Shown here: in pieces, positions 17,559 to 24,961 of the stretch
How positions within the stretch are numbered: the first letter of the stretch is position 1
How the letters are laid out: each line of letters opens with the position of its first letter
Assembly (NCBI GenBank): GCA_027483285.1
Contig: JAIXUZ010000080.1
Coordinates: forward strand, 1 to 39,567
Origin: Bacteroidota bacterium
GTDB lineage: Bacteria; Bacteroidota; Bacteroidia; CAMBQF01
Length of the DNA stretch: 39,567 nucleotides
Reading direction: 5' to 3'
Position numbers and translations under genes: made by a program
The notes under the pieces: model-generated
What the model was told of the DNA's origin: nothing
The model's database searches: none
What the model saw: the letters and a program-made list of their open reading frames with translations, nothing else

Positions 17559-17846
17559 TTACATATTACTCATTTTATCCTGAACTGATTTTGCTATACG
17601 TGCTTTAGCATCGTCAGCCAACTTCATTTTAGAAAAATCAGTAATGTCAGAAAGAGAAGATTTTTTAAGCAGCTGGTTTAAAAACTCGCTCTGTTTATTA
17701 TAGCGGCGGCAACCATCGCAAATAACAAGGTGAAAGCGCAATGCCAGCTTTTCGTAGATATCAAGCTTACGCTCTTCCCGCTTTTCCATTAGCAGCGTAG
17801 CCTCGCGGCATGCCATTGCAAATATGTTGTAAATTTTTTTAAGCAC
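17559..17846 (-). CDS. Small zf-HC2-type anti-sigma factor with no transmembrane segment
   Basis: The ACREATLLMEKREERKL......HLVICDGCRRY pattern (C...H...C..C) is typical of anti-sigma zinc-binding domains, and the gene sits directly downstream of the ECF sigma gene. The track start is GTG at 17846; an alternative ATG is at 17816. Confidence 0.7.
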   Translation of the reverse strand: MLKKIYNIFAMACREATLLMEKREERKLDIYEKLALRFHLVICDGCRRYNKQSEFLNQLLKKSSLSDITDFSKMKLADDAKARIAKSVQDKMSNM

Positions 17847-17851
17847 TTTAG

Positions 17852-18439
17852 TTATAATTTAAACCAGGTTTTTTCTAAACAAGCACGCAACATTAGTTTT
17901 GCGCGGTGCATTATAACCCAATAGTTAGACGGTGATACGTTTAATTCCTTACAAATATCATCGCTTTCCTTCTCCTCTAAAAATTTAAGGGTAATGGCGG
18001 TATGCCAGTTTGCAGGCAGTTTGCCTATACAGCTTTGCATAGCCAGCTGAAAATCCTTATCATCCAATATATTACCTTCTTCTAAACTCCATTGTTTGGG
18101 CTTAGCCTGCTTGCTCCAATGTCCGCCATCTTCAAAAAATAAATCAAGAAAAGAGCGGCTTTCATCGCCCTGCATAAGGCTGTTGCCAAAAACCTCGTAG
18201 CGTGTAGATGCCTTGCGGTAATGGTCGGCAATTTTGTTTTTAAGAATAGAGAACAACCATGTACGTTCTGATGAGTTGCCCTTGAAATTTTTAATACCGT
18301 TTAAGGCAGACAGAAAAGTTTCCTGCACAAAGTCTTCGGCAAGCTCGGCACTGCTGCTTTTAGAAAGGGCATAGCCATATAAATCATCTGCGTACTTATC
18401 CGTCCAATTCTCCGGATTTAAAGCCTGTTTTACTCCCAT
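17852..18439 (-). CDS. ECF-type RNA polymerase sigma-70 family factor
   Basis: Region 2: LYGYALSKSSSAELAEDFVQETFLSALNGIKNFKG.SSERTWLFSILKNKIADHYRK. Region 4: AITLKFLEEKESDDICKELNVSPSNYWVIMHRAKLMLRACL. The start is taken as the ATG at 18439; the track uses the TTG at 18445. Confidence 0.9.
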   Translation of the reverse strand: MGVKQALNPENWTDKYADDLYGYALSKSSSAELAEDFVQETFLSALNGIKNFKGNSSERTWLFSILKNKIADHYRKASTRYEVFGNSLMQGDESRSFLDLFFEDGGHWSKQAKPKQWSLEEGNILDDKDFQLAMQSCIGKLPANWHTAITLKFLEEKESDDICKELNVSPSNYWVIMHRAKLMLRACLEKTWFKL

Positions 18440-18540
18440 ACTCAATATGCTAAAGTAGGTAAATATGGCTTACACCAATTACTTTATTAAGGTTAGGTTA
18501 TTTAGTTCTGAAAAAATGATGAAATAACACTAACAATTAC

Positions 18541-18548
18541 TAACTTTG
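18541..18548 (+). promoter_or_regulatory. Candidate -7 promoter box (TAnnTTTG) upstream of paralog 2
   Basis: taactttg lies 27 nt upstream of the ATG at 18576, in the 130-nt divergent region shared with the ECF sigma gene. Confidence 0.4.
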
Positions 18549-18575
18549 TTACTTTAGGCCTAATGCCTATTGATT

Positions 18576-21500
18576 ATGTTATTGCCGAAACGTTTACTAT
18601 ATAGGTTTTATTTACCGTTAATTACTTTTTTGCTTTTTGGCTTTTTGGCCAGCGGGCAACAGTGTAATATTATATACATTACCCCAAATGGAAATGGGGC
18701 GGGAACCAAAGCAAGCCCTGCCGGTTTAGCGGGCGGCATTGCTCTGGCAGCGCCTGGCAGCCAGCTATGGTTAGCAATAGGTAATTACACTATTAATGCA
18801 CCGATAAATTTACTGGACAATGTTACGCTTGAAGGAGGTTTCGACCCTGCCAACAACTGGACAAAAGTAAACACTGCGCAAACTATAATTAACCGTACCA
18901 ATGCCAACCCGCAAACTAACCCCGAGCGCTTAGTGGCGGTATCATGCATAAACATAACGGGCTTTACTATACAAGATGTAACTATAAAAACAGCCAATGC
19001 GCTAGGTAATGGGGTAACCACTTACGGGGTTTACTTAAATGGCTGTTCTAATTTTAACATTAGCCGCTGCAATGTTACCGGCGGCAATGGCTCTACCGGC
19101 TTACCCGGCACCCCTGGAATTAACGGTGTTAATGGCGCCAACGGCACAGCAGGGCAAAACGGCAGCGAAGATGGTGGCGGCAATACCGGCGGTGGTGTTG
19201 GTGCATCCGGCTCATACCCGGGCAGTAGTTTTGGCGGTAATGGCGGCAATGGCGGCGCACGTGGCACCTACTCATTTCCGGCAGGAGGCAATGCTCCAAA
19301 CGGAGCAGCCGGCCAAAACGGCGGCGGCACTGGTAATGGTATTGGTGGCGTTGCGGGTGTAGGTAATTGCAATTTTATATCTATTGGTTGCGATATGGGC
19401 CCGGCAAACGTTGGCCAGCCCGGAACAGATGGCCTTGATGGCGCTAATGGCGCTAATGGCGCATCAGGAACCCCATCATTTGCAGGTGGCTTTTTTGTTA
19501 ACGGTACAGGGCAAAATGGCACTGCCGGAGCAAATGGCGGTGGCGGTGGCGGTGGTGGCGGTGGCGGTGCACAAGGTTGCATACCCAATGGCTTCTTCAT
19601 TCCTAACAGTAATGGTGCAGGAGCTGGCGGCGGCGGTGGCGGAGAGGGTGCCCAAGGGGGAGCTGGAGCTTTAGGTGGTACTGGCGGAGGTGGCTCTTTT
19701 GGCATTTTTGCCTGGGCAAACGGTGCCAGCGGACGTGTTAAAGATACTTATACATTCTCAGGCATACCCGGCCAGGGCGGTCTTGGTGGCGCACCAGGCG
19801 GCTTAGGCGGTAACGGTGGTAACGGCGGTAACGGTGGTGGCCCGGGTTGCGATATTGGTAGCGGAGGCAGGGGCGGCAATGGCGGCGATGGTGGCGATGG
19901 TGGTAACGGTGGTAATGGAAGTTTAGGCCTTAGCTTACCTATTTTTGAAGACCCTAATGCTACTGCCTTAGAACAATCTGATATGCGCACACCCGTAGAG
20001 CCGGTTATTAATGTGCTAAATACAGGCTGTACATTTTCTGATATTGATTTTTCTACTACTGCAACAGGTATAGTACAATGGTTTTTTGATGGGGGAACAA
20101 TTCCATTACAGGCTGTTGGCAACAACGTAACTGTGCAGTATACCACACAAGGGCGACATACGGTAACTATGGTACTTAATGGTGTACCTTACATATATAC
20201 AGACTTTGTAGGCATCTTCTCAAACGGTATACCTTACCTACCTACTATTAACCCATCTAACGATACAGTATGTTTAGGCGGCACATTAGACTTTACCAGC
20301 TCTTTTGTAGGTACTAATTACGAGTGGTGGTTAGAGGGCACTACACCTGCAACATTTAACGGGCCACAATACCAAACCCTAAATGGTGTGCAGTTTAATA
20401 CCCTGGGCGATTACCGGATTTTGCTACAAACAACGTCGCCGTGCTGCGGACGTTCTACCATAGATACTATTTTGATACACGTTGTGCCTTATGTAAATGC
20501 CGATGTTTTTGTATTTGCATCATCAACCAGCATTTGTGCAGGCACACAAGTAAACTTTGGCGCATCGCCGGTAAATGGTGGCAATAACCCTGTATACACA
20601 TGGACAGTTAACGGTGCAACCGTTGGCACCAATAGCAATACCTATAGTTCATCAACCCTAAATAATGGCGATGTTGTGGCCGTTAGCATGAGCAGTAACC
20701 TGCTTTGCGTAAACAACAACCCGGCAGCATCTGTGCCTATTGTAATGACGGTTAACCAGCCGCCTGTGCTAAACTGTAGCTCTATTGGGCAGTTTTTAGG
20801 TGCCCCTACCCAGTTTTCGGTTAACCCGGTTGGCTCTCAACCATTTACCTATGCCTGGGATTTTGGCGATGGTGGTATATCAAACCTGCAAAACCCGCCA
20901 CATACTTATGGTTCTACAGGCAACTATACCGCAACAGTAACAGTTACCGATGCCAATGGCTGCGAGGCTACCTGCAATGTACAGGTTACTATTAGCATAG
21001 CCCCGCAGGTTACAGCTTTATTTACAGGAAATATTACTGCTATTGGCTGCGGCACAGGTTCTGTTAGCTTTACCGACCAAAGCACAGGTGGCGTTATACA
21101 ATGGACATGGGACTTTGGCGATGGTGTTACCGATGCCAACCCAAACCCTACCCACAACTATACCGCACCCGGTTATTATGATGTTACATTAATAGCTTCT
21201 AACGGCGTATTAGCAGACACTTTGGTGCTACCTAACTTTATCTACATACCACCTCCACCGGTTGCAGAGTTTACCGCTTTAGACAGCATTGAATGTGAGC
21301 CCTATATTTTTAGGTTCTTAGACCAATCGTTAGGTGGTGTTACTGATTGGTTGTGGGATTTTGGCGATGGTAACACATCGATACTGCAAAACCCATCGCA
21401 TGAATATGCAGCACCGGGTAGTTACAACGTTACACTTACCGTAACAACGGCAGATAACTGCACGGCAACGCTTACCACACCCAATTTTATACAATACCTT

Positions 21501-22274
21501 GAACAACCTGAAGCAGGTTTCTTTACCCTTGACACTTTAATGTGCACAGGCGAGGCTATATCTATAACTGACACCTCTGTTGCAGCTAATAAATGGCTGT
21601 ATTACTTTGGCGATGGCACACCTGTAGATGTAAACCAAAACCCGATACATGTATACACAGAGCCGGGCATTTATACTGTTACCCAAATAGTAGAAAACTC
21701 ATCGGGCTGCAGAGATACTATGATTGCTACGCAGTACATAGAGATTGTACCTTACCCTGAGGCTAACTTTAATGCCGATACCTTTAAACTACAATTGCCT
21801 GACACCACGGTGCAGTTTTTTAACCTAAGCCAGTACTACGATTCGCTGGTATGGGTACTGGGCAATGGCAACACTACATGGGTTGATAACCCCGTAGGTG
21901 TTTACCAGGATTCTGGCATTTATGTTATTACCCTTATTGTAAGCAACAGCATTGGATGTGTAGATACTTTGCAAATACCACTGCAGGTTATAGAGCAAGA
22001 ATCATTCTTTGTTCCAAACTCATTTACCCCTGACGATGACTTTATAAATGACAACTTTAGTGTGTTTGGCAGGGGAATTGTTAGTGGAGAGATGTATATA
22101 TACGACAGATGGGGCCAGCCCGTGTTTACTACCCCCGACCTATTTACAGGTTGGGATGGTACAACCAAAGACGGGAAGGATGCCATGATTGGCGTATATG
22201 TATATGACATTAAGATAACGTGGTTTACAGGCCGGACGTTTGAAAAGCGTGGCACCGTAACACTTATCAGGTAA
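18576..22274 (+). CDS. Large secreted protein (paralog 2). Order: beta-helix + polyglycine module, CCG Ig-like domain, Ig-like domain, five PKD domains, T9SS type B (gliding-motility CHU_C-type) sorting domain.
   Basis: Signal peptide LLPKRLLYRFYLPLITFLLFGFLASGQQ. PKD cores: YAWDFGDGG..NPPHTY...GNYTATVTVTD, WTWDFGDG, WLWDFGDGN, YYFGDG, WVLGNGN. C-terminus: FFVPNSFTPDDDFINDNFSVFG....MYIYDRWGQPVF......GWDGT.KDGKDAMIGVYVYDIKI......EKRGTVTLIR. The track start is TTG at 18570; the ATG at 18576 is preferred. Confidence 0.9.
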   Translation: MLLPKRLLYRFYLPLITFLLFGFLASGQQCNIIYITPNGNGAGTKASPAGLAGGIALAAPGSQLWLAIGNYTINAPINLLDNVTLEGGFDPANNWTKVNTAQTIINRTNANPQTNPERLVAVSCINITGFTIQDVTIKTANALGNGVTTYGVYLNGCSNFNISRCNVTGGNGSTGLPGTPGINGVNGANGTAGQNGSEDGGGNTGGGVGASGSYPGSSFGGNGGNGGARGTYSFPAGGNAPNGAAGQNGGGTGNGIGGVAGVGNCNFISIGCDMGPANVGQPGTDGLDGANGANGASGTPSFAGGFFVNGTGQNGTAGANGGGGGGGGGGGAQGCIPNGFFIPNSNGAGAGGGGGGEGAQGGAGALGGTGGGGSFGIFAWANGASGRVKDTYTFSGIPGQGGLGGAPGGLGGNGGNGGNGGGPGCDIGSGGRGGNGGDGGDGGNGGNGSLGLSLPIFEDPNATALEQSDMRTPVEPVINVLNTGCTFSDIDFSTTATGIVQWFFDGGTIPLQAVGNNVTVQYTTQGRHTVTMVLNGVPYIYTDFVGIFSNGIPYLPTINPSNDTVCLGGTLDFTSSFVGTNYEWWLEGTTPATFNGPQYQTLNGVQFNTLGDYRILLQTTSPCCGRSTIDTILIHVVPYVNADVFVFASSTSICAGTQVNFGASPVNGGNNPVYTWTVNGATVGTNSNTYSSSTLNNGDVVAVSMSSNLLCVNNNPAASVPIVMTVNQPPVLNCSSIGQFLGAPTQFSVNPVGSQPFTYAWDFGDGGISNLQNPPHTYGSTGNYTATVTVTDANGCEATCNVQVTISIAPQVTALFTGNITAIGCGTGSVSFTDQSTGGVIQWTWDFGDGVTDANPNPTHNYTAPGYYDVTLIASNGVLADTLVLPNFIYIPPPPVAEFTALDSIECEPYIFRFLDQSLGGVTDWLWDFGDGNTSILQNPSHEYAAPGSYNVTLTVTTADNCTATLTTPNFIQYLEQPEAGFFTLDTLMCTGEAISITDTSVAANKWLYYFGDGTPVDVNQNPIHVYTEPGIYTVTQIVENSSGCRDTMIATQYIEIVPYPEANFNADTFKLQLPDTTVQFFNLSQYYDSLVWVLGNGNTTWVDNPVGVYQDSGIYVITLIVSNSIGCVDTLQIPLQVIEQESFFVPNSFTPDDDFINDNFSVFGRGIVSGEMYIYDRWGQPVFTTPDLFTGWDGTTKDGKDAMIGVYVYDIKITWFTGRTFEKRGTVTLIR
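19080..19925 (+). other. Polyglycine-rich segment of the shared module (paralog 2)
   Basis: Runs from VTGGNGSTGLPGTPGINGVNGANG to GGNGGDGGDGGNGGNGSLGL. About 43% Gly in the first 60 residues, counted by hand. Conserved islands: TPSFAGGFFVN and GGGGSFGIFAWANGASGRVKDTY. Confidence 0.85.
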
Positions 22275-22285
22275 AACAAAAAAAT

Positions 22286-22750
22286 ATGAGAGCATATTTA
22301 ATTGCCATAGCAGCCATTGGCTTAGTAGCTGTATCGTGTAAAAGTAAAAAAGAAATGACCGGCAACACAGCTAAAGCAGACAGTCTTCAGGTAGCAGACA
22401 GCATTGCTAAAGTTTTTGCTGACATAGCTATTGCCGATGCGCAAAACACACCACCAACACCCAACGATAGCATCCGCCTAAACGTATCTTTTTACAGCCC
22501 GGGTAGCGGTATTAACTACCGCGCTGCCCAATCGCTTAATAGTTTTTTAACTAAATACGAGGCAGCTAACCCGGGTGTAGTAACGGTTTATAAAACCGCA
22601 TGGGGCCGCGAGGGCGAAGTGGATTATTGCTTTAAAATGAACGACAAAACAAAAGGCGACGACTTTGTAAAACAGGTAAAAGACCTTTTAGCGGGGCAAG
22701 ACCGTATTAACTACAAAGAAAATACAACCTGCCGTAAGCCAAGAAACTAA
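22286..22750 (+). CDS. Hypothetical lipoprotein (154 aa)
   Basis: Lipobox GLVAVSC. Starts 12 nt after the paralog 2 stop codon. No family recognised. Confidence 0.6.
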   Translation: MRAYLIAIAAIGLVAVSCKSKKEMTGNTAKADSLQVADSIAKVFADIAIADAQNTPPTPNDSIRLNVSFYSPGSGINYRAAQSLNSFLTKYEAANPGVVTVYKTAWGREGEVDYCFKMNDKTKGDDFVKQVKDLLAGQDRINYKENTTCRKPRN

Positions 22751-22771
22751 GGCTGCTTTTAATTTCAATTA

Positions 22772-22787
22772 AGCATATTAATATGCT
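22772..22787. promoter_or_regulatory. Perfect 16-bp palindrome agcatattaatatgct (operator-like or loopless terminator hairpin)
   Basis: Self-complementary when read directly. Lies between the lipoprotein stop (22750) and the TAnnTTTG box (22799-22806) of the GNAT gene. Confidence 0.4.
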
Positions 22788-22810
22788 GTCATAGGGCTTA
22801 ACTTTGCCTT

Positions 22811-23278
22811 ATGCAAATTACCATACGCCCTGCTATACAAACAGATGTGCCAGCCATGCTTGGCTTAGTGCAAGAGCTTGCCTTGTATGAAAAAGCCCCA
22901 CAGGAAGTAACTGTTACCCTAGAAGAAATGACAGCCGCTGGCTTTGGCCCCGGTGCTGTTTGGAAAGCCTTTGTAGGTATTGTTGATGGTAAGCTGGTAG
23001 GCATGTCGTTATTCTTTACCAAATACTCTACCTGGAAAGGTAAGTGCATGTATATTGATGATATTGTAGTTACAGAAAGTATGCGCGGTGCCGGTATTGG
23101 CAAATTACTTTTTGAAGAAACCGTTGCCGAGGCCAAACGCACCCATATGCGCCGCTTAGAGTGGCAGGTGCTTGAATGGAACACCCCTGCCATTAATTTT
23201 TACAATAAGTTTAGTGCCGTGTTAGACCCTGAATGGGTTAACGGAAAACTAACATATGAGCAGTTACAAGCCATGTAA
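22811..23278 (+). CDS. GNAT family N-acetyltransferase
   Basis: 155 aa. The acetyl-CoA binding motif context is IDDIVVTESMRGAGIGKLLFEE...A. Overall GNAT length and pattern. Confidence 0.85.
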   Translation: MQITIRPAIQTDVPAMLGLVQELALYEKAPQEVTVTLEEMTAAGFGPGAVWKAFVGIVDGKLVGMSLFFTKYSTWKGKCMYIDDIVVTESMRGAGIGKLLFEETVAEAKRTHMRRLEWQVLEWNTPAINFYNKFSAVLDPEWVNGKLTYEQLQAM

Positions 23279-23359
23279 AGAATAGGATAAAAAACTACCA
23301 AGGTAATTCTTGCCCAAACCTACTACCCTATTTCTTTCTACCGTATTTTTGTCTCGCTA

Positions 23360-24628
23360 ATGAAAGTATTCAAATTTGGAGGCGCATCTGTTAAAGATGC
23401 CAATGCAGTTAAAAATGTAGCTGAAATTATTAAACGCTACCCTAGTGATAAGCTGGTGGTAGTAATATCAGCAATGGGTAAAACAACTAACGCTCTTGAG
23501 GCAGTTGCCAAAGCCTTTTTTTATAAAAATGCCGATGCAAAAGAAAACCTGCAGTTGGTGGTAGACTATCATAATACTATTGTAAACGAACTTTTTGACG
23601 ATAAAAGCCACCCGGTTTTTGAAGATATAAACGGCCTGATAAGCGCATTGGACTGGGCACTGGAAGATGAGCCCATTAAAGACTATGACTTTGAATACGA
23701 CCAAATAGTCTCTATTGGCGAATTGCTATCAACCAAAATAGTAAGCCACTACCTAAGCAGTATTGGCATACCCTGCAAATGGATTGATGCCCGCGATATA
23801 ATACAAACCGATAACACCTACCGCGATGCACGTGTTGACTGGCCTTTGACTGAGCAAACGGTAAACGAAATAATTCACCCTGCACTAAATAGTAATAGTG
23901 TAGTGCTCACACAGGGGTTTATTGGCTGCACATCAGAAAACTACACAACCACTTTAGGGCGAGAAGGATCGGACTATACAGCAGCTATTTTGGCCTATTG
24001 CCTTAATGCGGAAAGTGTAACTATTTGGAAAGATGTTCCTGGTGTTTTAAATGCCGACCCAAAGTATTTTCCTGATGCTCAAAAATTTGATAAACTATCA
24101 TATTACGACAGTATTGAGCTAACCTATTATGGCGCTACAGTTATCCACCCAAAAACCATAAAACCGCTGGAGAACAAGAAAATACCATTGTATGTAAAAT
24201 CGTTTATTGATGCGGAAAAGGAGGGCACAAGCATAAGCGATGAACCCATGCAACCGCAACTTTCATCATACATATTTAAAATAAACCAGGTGCTGGTTTC
24301 TATCTTACCCAAAGACTTCTCTTTTATAGCGGAAGAAAGCCTGAGCGAGATATTCAGGATATTTACTACCTTTAACATAAAGATCAACCTGATGCAAAAC
24401 TCTGCCATTAGTTTTTCAGTTTGTATAGACGATACTGCGCGGCTGGATGAGCTTATGGCCGAATTGAAAAAAAGCTATAAAGTACTACATAACAAAGGGC
24501 TTGAGCTTATAACAATACGTAACTACACAAAAGAGGGTTTTGATAAGGTATTAACAAGAAAAAAAATATTGCTGGAGCAGCGCACGCGTAACACCGCGCA
24601 ACTTGTTGTACAGCCAGAAAATGCGTAA
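23360..24628 (+). CDS. lysC: Aspartate kinase
   Basis: MKVFKFGGASVKDA...VVVISAMGKTTN...TTLGREGSDYTAAILA, plus a C-terminal ACT-like region. Confidence 0.92.
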   Translation: MKVFKFGGASVKDANAVKNVAEIIKRYPSDKLVVVISAMGKTTNALEAVAKAFFYKNADAKENLQLVVDYHNTIVNELFDDKSHPVFEDINGLISALDWALEDEPIKDYDFEYDQIVSIGELLSTKIVSHYLSSIGIPCKWIDARDIIQTDNTYRDARVDWPLTEQTVNEIIHPALNSNSVVLTQGFIGCTSENYTTTLGREGSDYTAAILAYCLNAESVTIWKDVPGVLNADPKYFPDAQKFDKLSYYDSIELTYYGATVIHPKTIKPLENKKIPLYVKSFIDAEKEGTSISDEPMQPQLSSYIFKINQVLVSILPKDFSFIAEESLSEIFRIFTTFNIKINLMQNSAISFSVCIDDTARLDELMAELKKSYKVLHNKGLELITIRNYTKEGFDKVLTRKKILLEQRTRNTAQLVVQPENA

Positions 24629-24631
24629 ATA

Positions 24632-24937
24632 ATGAGCGACCTGCCAAGCTATAATACCCCCCATGATGTACCAGGTAAGTTTACTATTGTAGAGTCTGAT
24701 GCAAAGGATGAAAAAGGACGTACCAAAATAAAAATACGCATAAAAGAACGGGTAAAAACACGCACTCGTACTCGAAAAAAAAAATCAAAAAGCTTAAAAA
24801 GGCGTTCGCTCAAAATATTACAAGTAGTTTTATTAATTTTAGCTGTTGCGGCTTTGTTTATAGCAGGATACCAAATTTTGGTTTCGGATATGAACAGGCC
24901 AATTATATACAAGAAAAAAGCTGCACCCGCCAATTAA
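24632..24937 (+). CDS. Hypothetical small, highly basic, single-pass membrane protein
   Basis: KIKIRIKERVKTRTRTRKKKSKSLKRRSLK is followed by the TM helix ILQVVLLILAVAALFIAGYQILV. Starts 3 nt after the lysC stop and ends 24 nt before paralog 3. Confidence 0.5.
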   Translation: MSDLPSYNTPHDVPGKFTIVESDAKDEKGRTKIKIRIKERVKTRTRTRKKKSKSLKRRSLKILQVVLLILAVAALFIAGYQILVSDMNRPIIYKKKAAPAN

Positions 24938-24961
24938 CCCTTAAGTAAAAAAGATAGTCAT

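Noticed and set aside
19095-19165. Possible bacterial collagen-like triple-helix region (GLPGTPGINGVNGANGTAGQNG has strict Gly-X-Y periodicity).
   Set aside because: The Gly-X-Y register holds for only about 7 triplets before being broken by GG and GGG runs. The other two paralogs do not keep the register, so a collagen triple helix is unlikely.
19800-19925. RTX-like calcium-binding repeats (GGRGGNGGDGGDGGNGGNG).
   Set aside because: The periodicity is 3 residues, not the GGxGxDxUx nonapeptide. There is no type I secretion context, and the proteins carry T9SS sorting domains.
19031-20146. Antisense and shifted-frame Pro-rich ORFs inside the paralog 2 polyglycine region (19031-19267, 19268-19705, 19748-20146, 19039-19362, 19384-19674). 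The analogous ORFs in paralog 3 are 25536-25733, 25666-26046, 25833-26123 and 26093-26380.
   Set aside because: Same artefact of the Gly-codon repeats. No evidence that these are overlapping genes.
23279-23359. Looked for a lysine riboswitch or leader upstream of lysC.
   Set aside because: The intergenic region is only 81 nt and contains a promoter-like box 8 nt from the ATG. That is too short for an L-box, and I saw no conserved helices.
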